64,000 nt of DNA from Hyphomicrobiales bacterium (GCA_029245795.1 JAQWOP010000014.1:4062-68061), one strand, 5' to 3'. Numbered from the stretch's first letter, positions 28,696 to 38,619 are shown. Program-made: numbers and translations. The notes: generated by a model not told the origin, from the sequence alone.

Positions 28696-29774
28696 CTAAG
28701 AATAAAATATGTATTGAAATAAAGAATCTAAATAAGAGCTTTGGTGACACTCTTGCAGTAGATGATGTTTCCTTAAATATTCATGAAAATGAATTTTTTA
28801 CTATATTAGGACCATCTGGCTGTGGTAAATCTACACTCCTAAGACTTATTTCTGGTCTGGAAATTCAAGATAAAGGTAGTATCATAATTAATGGTTTGGA
28901 TTGCAGTTCAATTCCAGCTAACAATCGACCCGTCAATATGGTGTTCCAATCTTATGCTTTATTTCCTCACTTAAATATCAAGGACAATATTGAATTCGGA
29001 CTAAAATTAAAAAAGATTCCCATTAAAGATATTAGGCAAAGGGTTGATAACATCCTCGATTTAATAAAAATGAGAGACTATATATATAAATATCCTGCAG
29101 AATTATCGGGAGGACAAAGACAAAGAGTTGCGCTTGCAAGAGCTATTGTCAATAATCCGAAAATTGTTCTCTTAGATGAACCTTTATCCGCCCTTGATGC
29201 TAATTTGAGAATTGAAATGCAACAAGAGCTAGTTAATATTCAACGCAATTTAGAGATAACCTTTATGTTGGTAACTCACGATCAAGATGAAGCCCTGTCA
29301 ATATCTTCAAAGATTGCAATTATGGAAAATGGAAAAATTATTGAAACAAATACTTCAACAAATATGTATGAATACCCAATCAAGAAATATAGTGCTGAAT
29401 TTCTTGGTAGGATAAATATTATAGATGGGTACGTATTGAAGAAGAAGCAAATATTCCATAGTGAAATTTTTGGTAATATAGATCTAAAAGGTAATGAAAA
29501 TATCTGTGAGAATATGGTTTTAGCTATCAGGCCTGAAAAAATAATAATTGAGAAAAGAAAAGAAAATAAACTAAATAGGATTTATGCAAAGGGAACAATT
29601 ACAAACTCAACTTACTATGGAGATATGAGCTATTTAACAATTGAACTCGATAATACAAAAGAAATTTATATACATGTCCAAAATATTCATAGAAACTCTT
29701 TGAATGAGCTGAAAATTGGTAAGAAATTGCTTGCCTCGTTTGATATCAATGACTTAATCCTTTTAGAAAAGTAA
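28692..29774 (+). CDS. ABC transporter ATP-binding protein (PotA/PotG-like)
   Basis: Walker A GPSGCGKST, signature LSGGQRQR, Walker B VLLDEPLSALD, and a C-terminal TOBE-like domain. There is a 4-nt start/stop overlap. Confidence 0.92.
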   Translation: MTKNKICIEIKNLNKSFGDTLAVDDVSLNIHENEFFTILGPSGCGKSTLLRLISGLEIQDKGSIIINGLDCSSIPANNRPVNMVFQSYALFPHLNIKDNIEFGLKLKKIPIKDIRQRVDNILDLIKMRDYIYKYPAELSGGQRQRVALARAIVNNPKIVLLDEPLSALDANLRIEMQQELVNIQRNLEITFMLVTHDQDEALSISSKIAIMENGKIIETNTSTNMYEYPIKKYSAEFLGRINIIDGYVLKKKQIFHSEIFGNIDLKGNENICENMVLAIRPEKIIIEKRKENKLNRIYAKGTITNSTYYGDMSYLTIELDNTKEIYIHVQNIHRNSLNELKIGKKLLASFDINDLILLEK

Positions 29775-29839
29775 TACTTTTCTATAAATAGATTTTTGGT
29801 ATAGTAATAAAAAAATATAACAAAATAGGAAGAATAAAA

Positions 29840-30814
29840 ATGTCAATACTAGATTCTACTAAAGTAATTGCAATTGAAGAGCATTACATAGATCCAAATA
29901 TTACAAAGTTACAGGAAGTAAATACAACAAATACTAGAATTAGAAACCCAAAAATGGTTTCTAGGATGGAAGATTTTGGAGGAGAAAGAATTGAAGAAAT
30001 GGACGCTACTGGTATTGATATTCAAATTCTCTCAGTTGCTCCCCCAGGAGTTCACAATCTTCCCAAGGATGTTGCGGTAACAGCAGCAAAGCAAACAAAT
30101 GATTATTTGGCAAATAAAATGTCCCATAACCCAACCAGATTTAGAGGTTTTGCGGCATTACCAATGCAGGATCCTCAAGCTGCTGCAAAAGAATTGGAAA
30201 GAGCTGTAAAAGAATTAAATTTCGTGGGTGGAATGATACATGGACTTACAAATTCCCAATTTGATGATGGAAAAGCTTCGTGGCCAGTTTATGAAGCAGC
30301 TGCTAAATTAAATGTTCCTATTTATCTCCATCCTGGTATGCCACACCATGAAGTAAGAAATATTTATTATAAAGACTATACAGAAGAATTTGCTCTATTT
30401 CCTCAGGCAGCATGGGGTTACACAGTTGAAACCGCCACAATGGCAATAAGGCTTGTGCTATCAAGAATATTCGAAACATTACCAAACCTTAAAATTATAC
30501 TAGGCCATCTTGGGGAAACACTACCTTTCCTTTTATGGAGAGTAAATCATAATTTAAAACGTCCTGGTAACGCACCAATAGAGTTTAGAGAAGTATTTTG
30601 TAATAACTTTTATGTGACAACTAGTGGTAATTTTTCTGATCCAGCATTGTTATGTTGCATGCAAGAGCTAGGAGTTGAAAGAATATTATTTGCTATTGAT
30701 TGGCCTTTTATTGATAACAAACTTGGTACCGATTGGTTTGAAAACCTATCAATATCAAAAGAAGATAAAATAAAAATATTAAACGGTAATGCATCAAAGA
30801 TATTTAGAATCTAA
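29840..30814 (+). CDS. Amidohydrolase-2 (ACMSD superfamily) enzyme, likely a non-oxidative decarboxylase
   Basis: The N-terminal IAIEEHY motif is as in the gamma-resorcylate / 5-carboxyvanillate decarboxylases. HPG..., ILGHLGE and FAIDWPF complete the metal/catalytic motifs. Confidence 0.8.
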   Translation: MSILDSTKVIAIEEHYIDPNITKLQEVNTTNTRIRNPKMVSRMEDFGGERIEEMDATGIDIQILSVAPPGVHNLPKDVAVTAAKQTNDYLANKMSHNPTRFRGFAALPMQDPQAAAKELERAVKELNFVGGMIHGLTNSQFDDGKASWPVYEAAAKLNVPIYLHPGMPHHEVRNIYYKDYTEEFALFPQAAWGYTVETATMAIRLVLSRIFETLPNLKIILGHLGETLPFLLWRVNHNLKRPGNAPIEFREVFCNNFYVTTSGNFSDPALLCCMQELGVERILFAIDWPFIDNKLGTDWFENLSISKEDKIKILNGNASKIFRI

Positions 30815-30848
30815 TAATAAATACTAGTTATGAAAATCTATTTACTGA

Positions 30849-31451
30849 TTATAGCTCTGGGACGTCAAGGCCTATACCTACAACCTCGTCCTCAATTGGC
30901 ACCCTGAAAGCGTCATTAAATAAATTCAAAGATACCATTACTGTTGCAGTAAGAGCTATTTCGATCATTTGCTTTGGTGTATAATGATTTTTATAGTTTT
31001 CTATTACTTTATCAGGGATATTTGATGCATCAACCATCATATGATCAACAAAGCTCAAAGCAGCTTTCTCAGCATCAGTGAATGCATCATGTGTATCAGA
31101 GGATTGAACATTCTTTATCTTAACTTCATCAACACCAAGTCTTCTTAGATGCTCAATTTGATGCGTTGAACAATAAAAACATGTGTTTCTTGTTGCAACT
31201 TTATATCGTATAAGGGCTTTAAAAGGCTTTGATAGTTCGCCAAGTTCCCATGTTGATTGCCAATAGTTACGAGAAGCCATCCCAAAATCGTCAGAGTGAC
31301 CCATCGCACGAGCGCTGTTATTAATCCTCTTGCTACCCTTTGCCTCTTTTAATTTTTTTATCATACCCATAAATTCTGAACTAAATTCATCATCTTTTAA
31401 TAATGGGACAACTGTATTATGATTGAGATTTTTATCTAATTGGCTTTTCAT
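30849..31451 (-). CDS. Carboxymuconolactone decarboxylase (AhpD-like) family protein
   Basis: CFYCSTHQ resembles the AhpD-like CxxC(xxH) motif. The protein is helical and 200 aa. Confidence 0.7.
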   Translation of the reverse strand: MKSQLDKNLNHNTVVPLLKDDEFSSEFMGMIKKLKEAKGSKRINNSARAMGHSDDFGMASRNYWQSTWELGELSKPFKALIRYKVATRNTCFYCSTHQIEHLRRLGVDEVKIKNVQSSDTHDAFTDAEKAALSFVDHMMVDASNIPDKVIENYKNHYTPKQMIEIALTATVMVSLNLFNDAFRVPIEDEVVGIGLDVPEL

Positions 31452-31476
31452 TCAACTCTCCTTTTGTATTATATTA

Positions 31477-33108
31477 TCATACTGCACTTGGCATTCTTAA
31501 ATACTCACTACCGTCTAAATTGACAATTATAGAGACCGGTTTATTTAATTGCAATGCTCTCTTTGTTCCTTCAACTAGTTCAGTAACTTTACTCACCTCT
31601 ATAGCCTCAATACCAAAGCTTTCAACAATCCTTTTATATTCAACTTTATCAAAACTTGTAGACTCTGTATTATATCCCCTTTTTAACTGTTTTGATTTTA
31701 CCTGAGTGAGAGCGTTATCAACCATTATAATTTGAATCATTGGAATATTTAGACGCTTCCAAGTTGCCAACTCACCAGCATACATAAGAAATCCTCCATC
31801 ACCCACAAATGATATAACAGGACTCTCCGGTGATGCTATCTTGGCTCCCATAGCAGCTCCAAGTGAAAATCCCATTGGAGAGAGGCCATTTGACACAAAA
31901 TATGATAGTGGCAAATAAGATAACCATGCTTGTGAGGCTAATGATTTATGGGCTCCAGCATCTGCGGTTATTATTGTATCTTTTGGAACAAATTTCCTAA
32001 TTTCTTTATACACAGATTGTGGAGCAATCCCATCACTTGGATTATAATCAGTACTAACTCCTAATTCATAATCTTGTATTTTATTAAATGACTGTTTTGC
32101 TAAGCTCAACCATTCCGTACTTGTATTTCTTTGGCCTATATTATTTTCTAAGAAATCTAATATACCAGAAATATCTCCCCTTAGTCCTTGCGTTACAGGT
32201 TGAAAAGTTCTGTCATTTACATCAACAGAGTCAATAGAAATAATTGGTACCTGAGATTTAAATGGTCTAATTATATCCCATCCATCTAGACCAATTGTTA
32301 TAATCGTATCTGCCTTTTTCAACATTTCATCAATTGGAGTACCAAACCAACCATACATTCCAATGTATAGAGGGTCATCACATGGATAATTACCAACTGC
32401 TTGTAATGTAACGCAGCAAGGTGATTGTATAGATTGTACGAAAGAGATTAAATCATTTGATACTTTTGATCCCACAACCCCAACTCCTGCCACCACAATT
32501 GGTCTTTTTGATTTATTTATTAACTTAATAGCAAAATCAAAATCATTTTTTTCAGGTAAATTTTGAGTATAAGTAACTGAGATCATACTATCTATTTGTT
32601 CATCATTAATCTCAATATCCTTAATAGCTTGTATAGGTGAAATTGGAAGGTATACCGCACCAGGCCTTGGTTCTATTGAAGTCCTATAAGCTCTATCCAT
32701 AAGTTCGGCTGCATTTTCTGATGTTAACTCCTCTGATAATTTAGTTATAAGTCCTCCAAATGAGACAAGTTCAACATCTTGATGTGGATTTCTAGCTAAA
32801 AGGTCTGGATCAATTATAGCTGAAAATATAATAATTGGTCTTCTATCAAGGTAAGCAGATGCAATTCCAGAAGCTAAATTTGTTACTCCAGGTCCTTTTG
32901 TGACAATTACAATTCCTGGAATACCTGTTATCTCTCCATAAGTAGATGCCATATATGCAGCTGTATTTTCGTGATGGGTGAGAATATAATTTATTCCTTG
33001 ATCTGAAAAAGCATTAATAAGGCTGATAGTATCACTACCAGGTGTTCCAAATACTTGTTTAACACCTCTTTTTTTTAAATATTTAGCAATAAAGTCGCAA
33101 GTTAACAT
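31477..33108 (-). CDS. Thiamine-diphosphate-binding enzyme (acetolactate synthase-like), second copy type
   Basis: Pyr domain (HHENTAAYMASTYGEITG) and a C-terminal GDGGF...DNAL ThDP motif. 543 aa. It is clearly divergent from the 18806..20491 protein. Confidence 0.88.
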   Translation of the reverse strand: MLTCDFIAKYLKKRGVKQVFGTPGSDTISLINAFSDQGINYILTHHENTAAYMASTYGEITGIPGIVIVTKGPGVTNLASGIASAYLDRRPIIIFSAIIDPDLLARNPHQDVELVSFGGLITKLSEELTSENAAELMDRAYRTSIEPRPGAVYLPISPIQAIKDIEINDEQIDSMISVTYTQNLPEKNDFDFAIKLINKSKRPIVVAGVGVVGSKVSNDLISFVQSIQSPCCVTLQAVGNYPCDDPLYIGMYGWFGTPIDEMLKKADTIITIGLDGWDIIRPFKSQVPIISIDSVDVNDRTFQPVTQGLRGDISGILDFLENNIGQRNTSTEWLSLAKQSFNKIQDYELGVSTDYNPSDGIAPQSVYKEIRKFVPKDTIITADAGAHKSLASQAWLSYLPLSYFVSNGLSPMGFSLGAAMGAKIASPESPVISFVGDGGFLMYAGELATWKRLNIPMIQIIMVDNALTQVKSKQLKRGYNTESTSFDKVEYKRIVESFGIEAIEVSKVTELVEGTKRALQLNKPVSIIVNLDGSEYLRMPSAV

Positions 33109-33127
33109 GAGGTACTCCTATTAAAAT

Positions 33128-33427
33128 CTATTTTTTAGCAAACGGGGCGCCATCTTTTGAGTAAATATTCAGGATGTCTCCTATCTGAATATTATCCTCG
33201 ATCCCCACTGTTAATGATACACCTGTATCTGTTTGTATATTAGCAATTTTTCTGGGCTGCCAATCTTTATTACCAAGCATGTGACGTATTACAGAAATTT
33301 CTTTTATTTTTCCTTCTGGAGCATCTATTAAGTCAAAATCAATATTACCACAATTTGAACAGAAGAATTTTTTGGGGAAGGTCTGCTTACTGCATTTATT
33401 ACATTCAAAAAATTGTAATTTTTCCAT
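33128..33427 (-). CDS. Zn-ribbon / OB-fold protein (DUF35 family)
   Basis: CNKCSK...CSNCG four-Cys ribbon followed by an OB-like C-terminus. 99 aa. It lies immediately downstream of a thiolase-like gene, which is the classical pairing. Confidence 0.75.
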   Translation of the reverse strand: MEKLQFFECNKCSKQTFPKKFFCSNCGNIDFDLIDAPEGKIKEISVIRHMLGNKDWQPRKIANIQTDTGVSLTVGIEDNIQIGDILNIYSKDGAPFAKK

Positions 33428-33428
33428 T

Positions 33429-34574
33429 TTATTCCCCCTCTAATATCGCTGCAGAGACTGTCCCACCATGCCGATAAAGAGTCATTCCATAGCCAGTTAC
33501 AATACCATACTTAGCATTATTTAATTGTCTATTACCCGCTCGATCTTGCAGTTGAAGTGCAACCTCTCCGATACCATTTAAACCACCAGCCATCCCTCCT
33601 GGTTGACCTGCTGATAACATTCCTCCCCACGTATTTATAGGGATTATCTCATTATTCATATTCCTTAAATATTCTTTCATATTGGAATCTTTTATAACCT
33701 TTAAATCATTTAATTGCGCAAGTACTATTGCAGGATAATCATCATATATACTATAAACGTCTATATCAGATGGTGATAATTTTGCTTGGTCATATAACTT
33801 ATCTACAAAATTGATTATGCCTGTCCTTGTTCCATCCCCCTCCTGGTTATCATAATTAAAACTTTGAAAAAATGATCTTACTTTTACCTGTTTCTCTAAC
33901 TTTTTATTATCTTCAGCTGATAGGATTATGCTGTATGCACCGGCGACAACAGGGACACAATCATACCTACAGAGTGGGTCTGCAACCATTGGGGCAGCAT
34001 TATATTCCTCATGTGTGAGAGTGTCTTTATATACTGCGTATGGATTCTTTGATGCCCAATTACGCTGCGATATCAGAAGATTCGCATAATCTGATTTTGA
34101 TAGATTGTATTCCTTCATCTGCCTAGAAGTTACAAGTGAATATACACCATTAGGGCCTCCATGACCAAGAGGAGATAAATGATCTCGTGTTGCACTATTG
34201 TAGGAATTAGCAATTTTTGCGTAACCCTCTAACCCAGTTGCGTCACCAGCTAATATCAATATATTTTTTGCAGCACCAGTTTGTATTGCACGTGAAGCAT
34301 GGCCTAACATATTCATCGCTGATGACCCTCCGTTAGGATCCTGCAATAACCAATTTAAACTTAATCCAAACCTCCATGCAATATCAATTGCAGAATCTGG
34401 TGATATAGAAAATGATGCAATAGCAAGCCCATCAATATCTTTAAGATCTAAATTTGCATCCCTTAAAGCATTAGAAGTAGCATCTCTCATAAGATTATGA
34501 ACAGTTTGATCCTCTCCCGGATGTCTAGTGTATATAGATTGGCCAATACCAACGATTCTTGAATCAAATATCAT
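33429..34574 (-). CDS. Thiolase-like protein (SCP-x / non-canonical thiolase superfamily)
   Basis: 381 aa. It has the thiolase-fold C-terminal GGLNGIGEVALQL and ...GYGMTL... patterns. I could not see the canonical N-terminal active-site Cys context. Confidence 0.8.
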   Translation of the reverse strand: MIFDSRIVGIGQSIYTRHPGEDQTVHNLMRDATSNALRDANLDLKDIDGLAIASFSISPDSAIDIAWRFGLSLNWLLQDPNGGSSAMNMLGHASRAIQTGAAKNILILAGDATGLEGYAKIANSYNSATRDHLSPLGHGGPNGVYSLVTSRQMKEYNLSKSDYANLLISQRNWASKNPYAVYKDTLTHEEYNAAPMVADPLCRYDCVPVVAGAYSIILSAEDNKKLEKQVKVRSFFQSFNYDNQEGDGTRTGIINFVDKLYDQAKLSPSDIDVYSIYDDYPAIVLAQLNDLKVIKDSNMKEYLRNMNNEIIPINTWGGMLSAGQPGGMAGGLNGIGEVALQLQDRAGNRQLNNAKYGIVTGYGMTLYRHGGTVSAAILEGE

Positions 34575-34775
34575 ATTTATTAAAAAATTTTAATATATCC
34601 TAAATAGTATTCTTTTATATTAATATAATATCATTAAAAGATAAATATGTTTATCCTAGTATAGGTAATCCATTATAACTCTTAATAGTCAAATATGATA
34701 AGATTGAGACAAGTTGATGAAAGAATAAAATATATTTCAAGTTTTTATAAAAGTATTAAGTTATGAGGTTATTTA

Positions 34776-35105
34776 ATGAAGAAATTAAATATCTACGATA
34801 TCGGTGGAGATATAGTTAAAGAAGATGAAAGATACGTCGTTAGAGATAATAAAGCTCTAAAAAATCTTATATTGAGTAGTACGGACTTAAAACCTAATAA
34901 AAGTACTACGGGCCATAAACACAAGGGTCAAGAAGAAGTTTACTACTTCTTAAAAGGTTTTGGTGAAATGCAATTAGATAATGAAAAAGTGGATGTTTTT
35001 GCTGGAGATGTAATATTAATTGAAGATGGTGTTTCTCACAAAGTCAAAGCAGGAAAAGATGGGCTATATTTCATATGTATATTTAATGGAAAAAGAAACC
35101 ACTAA
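34776..35105 (+). CDS. Cupin domain protein
   Basis: GHKHKGQEEVYYFLKGFG and GDVILIEDGVSHKV cupin motifs. 109 aa. Confidence 0.7.
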   Translation: MKKLNIYDIGGDIVKEDERYVVRDNKALKNLILSSTDLKPNKSTTGHKHKGQEEVYYFLKGFGEMQLDNEKVDVFAGDVILIEDGVSHKVKAGKDGLYFICIFNGKRNH

Positions 35106-35133
35106 TAAAAATATGTTCTCTTAAATCTCTAAA

Positions 35134-35961
35134 TTAGTTTACAAGATATATTGGTATCTCAGAGTGTAACATTAGGTGCCTTGTCGCTCCACCAAATATT
35201 ATCTCTCTTAATCTGCTTTGAGTATAAGCGCCTTTTACAATAAGATCTGCATTAACCGACTCACTATAATCAAGAATAATTTCTCCAACTTTCTTCTCAT
35301 CCCCAAGGAGTGTAACAGCCTTAGATTCGATTCCATGAGATAATAGTAATTCTGATACTTGATCTCCACTTGGCCCATCAGTAAGAACTTTTTCTACGGT
35401 TAAGATCGTCACATTCTTAGCTTTTTTTAAGATAGGTAATGCAGCAAAAACTGCCCTCGAACTCTCTGTTGTACAGTTCCATGATATTACAACCTCTTGA
35501 CCTATATCGATTTTTTTATTCATTGGAATCAACATAACGGGTCTTCCTCCATCAAAAAGTATAGTTTGTATGGAACTAAGACTAGCACTTTGTAATTCTT
35601 GATAAGGCCTCGATATTATAACAACATTATATACCCTTGAGAGGTCTCCAAGGAACTTTTGATTCTGCAGCTCCTCCGATAACCATTTATATTTCAGATT
35701 ATTAAGAGCTTTATCTTTATTAATTATTTCTAAAATATGTTCTTGAAATTTTTCTTTGTGCTTTGCTGCTTCACCTGTGTTGTTATCATGATTGAGGGTA
35801 TCAAAAATAATAGACCCTTCTTGAGCAATAAAAGTATCAATCCTTTGATGGATAGCAACTCCACTGATACTTGATTGGTATACTTTAGCAAGGGATACTG
35901 CACAATCAATTAAATGTGGGATCGTTTCGACGTATTCAAAAGGTAATAAAATATTCTTCAT
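35134..35961 (-). CDS. Universal stress protein (tandem Usp domains)
   Basis: 275 aa. The C-terminal domain has DLIVKGAYTQSRLREIIFGGATRHLMLHSEIPIYLVN, typical of UspA-type proteins. Confidence 0.75.
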   Translation of the reverse strand: MKNILLPFEYVETIPHLIDCAVSLAKVYQSSISGVAIHQRIDTFIAQEGSIIFDTLNHDNNTGEAAKHKEKFQEHILEIINKDKALNNLKYKWLSEELQNQKFLGDLSRVYNVVIISRPYQELQSASLSSIQTILFDGGRPVMLIPMNKKIDIGQEVVISWNCTTESSRAVFAALPILKKAKNVTILTVEKVLTDGPSGDQVSELLLSHGIESKAVTLLGDEKKVGEIILDYSESVNADLIVKGAYTQSRLREIIFGGATRHLMLHSEIPIYLVN

Positions 35962-35981
35962 TTATAAACTCAAGTATTTAT

Positions 35982-37109
35982 TTACAGCCCCTTCATCAAT
36001 TCTTCAGGATTGATAGGCAGTTCTAATTCTTTACCTGTCTTTGCAGACAAATCCATAGCCATAGTAAGCAATAGGTTTCGATGACCCTCTTTTGCTGTGG
36101 CATGGGGGGTGTCTTTTCCAAGATAAATTCTACTAAACCACGAATTTGTTTCTTCACGCAACGGGCCCCATAAATCACCATTATATATATCGCCCGGAGG
36201 AAAACTTGTAAGAAAATCAACATTCCTTGTTGCCTCTAGCTGAAGTCCTTCTGGTCTATAAGCAGGTCCTTGATTAAACTCTGTTGCAAGAATTACATCT
36301 CTATGCGTATCCTCAATATCAATAACACCTTTCGTACCTACGATCCCAATTTCAAGACCATAAACAGCTCCTGGCCAAACTTTTGGAAGAGCCCAACAAA
36401 TATTCATACTGAAGATTGTTCCATCTTCCATAGTAAAAACTCCAAATGTTGCATCCTTTGTACCAAGTTCAGCCATCACTTTATCAGTAGAGCGTGCAAA
36501 TATAGAAACTGGTTTGGCCTGATCACCAAGCAGCCATAGCGCCATATCCAAACTATGTGTTCCTGATACAACCATTGGAGTCAGATGTCTTCTATCTTGC
36601 GTTAATCTTACTTCACCTGTAGGTGCCATTTTATTCATAAAGGCCCTTACAACCACAGCTGTAGCTTCACCTATCTGTCCATTATTTATTCTCTCTTTAA
36701 CGGCAAGAAATCTTCTTCTGAATCTTTGAGTGTAACCAACAACAGCATCAACTCCGGCTTCATTTATTGCATTTAAAACTTTTAGAGATTGAACGGCATC
36801 TGTTGCCAATGGCTTTTCAATCATCATAGGTAATTTTCGCTCAACACTTGCTAAAATTGGCTCTACATGACTCCAAGTTGAGGTAGCTACAATTACCGCA
36901 TCTACTTCGGGTCTTTCAATTAACTCTCTAAAATTTGTGGTAAAAAAATCCGCCTTTATATCATCCTTTAACTTAAGACCTAATTCTTCATTAATATCGG
37001 CGAGCCCAATCCATCCAATGCCAGGATATTCTTTTGCTAGAGTTGAACGCATACGACCAACAACTCCACAGCCAATTACTGCTAAACCTAATCTTTTATT
37101 ATTTTCCAT
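35982..37109 (-). CDS. Gfo/Idh/MocA-family NAD(P)-dependent oxidoreductase
   Basis: LGLAVIGCGVVGR Rossmann N-terminus, the EKP motif (MMIEKPLA), and a C-terminal alpha/beta domain. Confidence 0.85.
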   Translation of the reverse strand: MENNKRLGLAVIGCGVVGRMRSTLAKEYPGIGWIGLADINEELGLKLKDDIKADFFTTNFRELIERPEVDAVIVATSTWSHVEPILASVERKLPMMIEKPLATDAVQSLKVLNAINEAGVDAVVGYTQRFRRRFLAVKERINNGQIGEATAVVVRAFMNKMAPTGEVRLTQDRRHLTPMVVSGTHSLDMALWLLGDQAKPVSIFARSTDKVMAELGTKDATFGVFTMEDGTIFSMNICWALPKVWPGAVYGLEIGIVGTKGVIDIEDTHRDVILATEFNQGPAYRPEGLQLEATRNVDFLTSFPPGDIYNGDLWGPLREETNSWFSRIYLGKDTPHATAKEGHRNLLLTMAMDLSAKTGKELELPINPEELMKGL

Positions 37110-37185
37110 TTCATAAACCCCATAAACTAATAAATTATTATTACTTAAAATTATTAATTATTCAAGGAATTCAGTTGCTATAAAA

Positions 37186-37908
37186 TCAACTATCATTCTT
37201 TGCTATTATTTTTTTATACTTTCTGAGTAGGTCTGGTCTATGTTTTTTTGTTATTTCCATAGATTTTTTTAATCTCCAGGACTTAATATCCTTATGATTA
37301 CCTGTTAGAAGTATTGGGGGTATTTGATGACCTTCATAATTTCTTGGCAGAGTATATTGTGGATGTTCAAGAAGACCGTTCTCATAACTCTCATTTGATA
37401 TTGACTCCTTAGTGTTAATTACACCATCTAATAGCCTAACACATGAGTCTATGATACTTATTGCAGCAATATCGCCATTCGTTAAAATATAATCACCAAT
37501 CGATAATTCTGTAGCACCTGTTGCTTCAACAATTCTTTGATCTATACCCTCAAATCTTCCACATATAATTATGATTCCATCTTCTTTAATTAAGCCTCTG
37601 GCAACCTCTTGCTCATATCTTCTTCCTCTTGGCGCTGGGATAATTATGGGTCTTTTATCACCTTTTTCTCTAATATTCATAATAATTGGGATGACTACAT
37701 CTGCTCTAAGAATCATTCCTGGACCACCCCCAGATGGAGGGCTATCAATTTTTAATTTTTTGTTATCTTTAAACTTATCGATTCTTATTATTTCCAGACT
37801 CCAAATATCCTCTTTTAATGATCTACCCACATTACTAAAATCAAGAGGCCCTGGAAATATCTCCGGTGTTGTAGTTATTGTAGTTACTTTCCATGTATTT
37901 CTTGTCAT
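37186..37908 (-). CDS. trmD: tRNA (guanine37-N1)-methyltransferase
   Basis: FPGPL..., GGGPGMILR, ICGRFEGIDQR, SIGDYILTNGD and LEHPQYTLP are hallmark TrmD motifs. Confidence 0.93.
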   Translation of the reverse strand: MTRNTWKVTTITTTPEIFPGPLDFSNVGRSLKEDIWSLEIIRIDKFKDNKKLKIDSPPSGGGPGMILRADVVIPIIMNIREKGDKRPIIIPAPRGRRYEQEVARGLIKEDGIIIICGRFEGIDQRIVEATGATELSIGDYILTNGDIAAISIIDSCVRLLDGVINTKESISNESYENGLLEHPQYTLPRNYEGHQIPPILLTGNHKDIKSWRLKKSMEITKKHRPDLLRKYKKIIAKNDS

Positions 37909-38085
37909 ACCGAACTAATCCTCAATCTGATTAGAAAGAATTATTTTGATTTTATGCATAAAAAAATTAGAATATTACAGCACTTTTCAGGGCTATATTT
38001 TATTATAAAACCAACATATATTTATTTATTCTATATGTGAATCCTGTTTATTACTATGATCTATTTTAAAAAATAGAGTAGAGGA

Positions 38086-38574
38086 TTATTTTTTTTCATC
38101 TTCTGTTTTTAGAGAGACTTCTGCAGGTGCTTCTTCTGCAGGTGCTTCTGCAACAGGTGTTGCTTCTGCAACAGGTGCTGCTTCTTCAACAGGTGCTACT
38201 TCTGCAACAGGTGCTGCTTCTTCTGCAGGTGCTGCTTCTGCAACAGGTGCTGCTTCTTCTGCAGGTGCTTCTTCAACTTCTTTCTTTGGAATAGCCTTCT
38301 TTGGATTATTCCTAGGAGCCCTCTTTGCTATTCCTTCAGCATCTAAAAATCTTAATACTCTATCTGTAGGTTGTGCCCCAACACCGATCCAATATTTTAT
38401 TCTATCTACCTGCAATGTGACTCTATCATTATGATCTTTAGATAGAAGGGGATTGTAAGTACCGAGTTTTTCAATAAATCTACCATCTCTTGGGTTTCTA
38501 ACGTCAGTTACTACAATTCTGTAATAAGGGCGTTTTTTTGAACCACCTCTTGCTAATCTAATTTTTAATGCCAT
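38086..38574 (-). CDS. rpsP: 30S ribosomal protein S16 with a long Ala/Pro/Glu-rich repetitive C-terminal extension
   Basis: N-terminus [22 protein letters not shown]...[14 protein letters not shown] is canonical S16. Residues ~100-162 are [11 protein letters not shown]-type repeats. Confidence 0.93.
   Translation of the reverse strand: MALKIRLARGGSKKRPYYRIVVTDVRNPRDGRFIEKLGTYNPLLSKDHNDRVTLQVDRIKYWIGVGAQPTDRVLRFLDAEGIAKRAPRNNPKKAIPKKEVEEAPAEEAAPVAEAAPAEEAAPVAEVAPVEEAAPVAEATPVAEAPAEEAPAEVSLKTEDEKK
38119..38275. repeat. Imperfect tandem 15/18-nt repeats (gctgcttcttctgcaggt / gcttctgcaacaggt units) encoding the S16 tail
   Basis: Read directly. The region is locally much more GC-rich than its surroundings and lies in frame within rpsP. 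Confidence 0.8.
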
Positions 38575-38619
38575 TACAATTCCTTTTTTTCTAAAAATTC
38601 CACTTATAAATATCCAGAA

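Noticed and set aside
38119-38275. Regular repeats as a CRISPR or non-coding satellite
   Set aside because: The repeats are contiguous with no spacers, in frame, and inside the rpsP ORF. They are a coding low-complexity tail.
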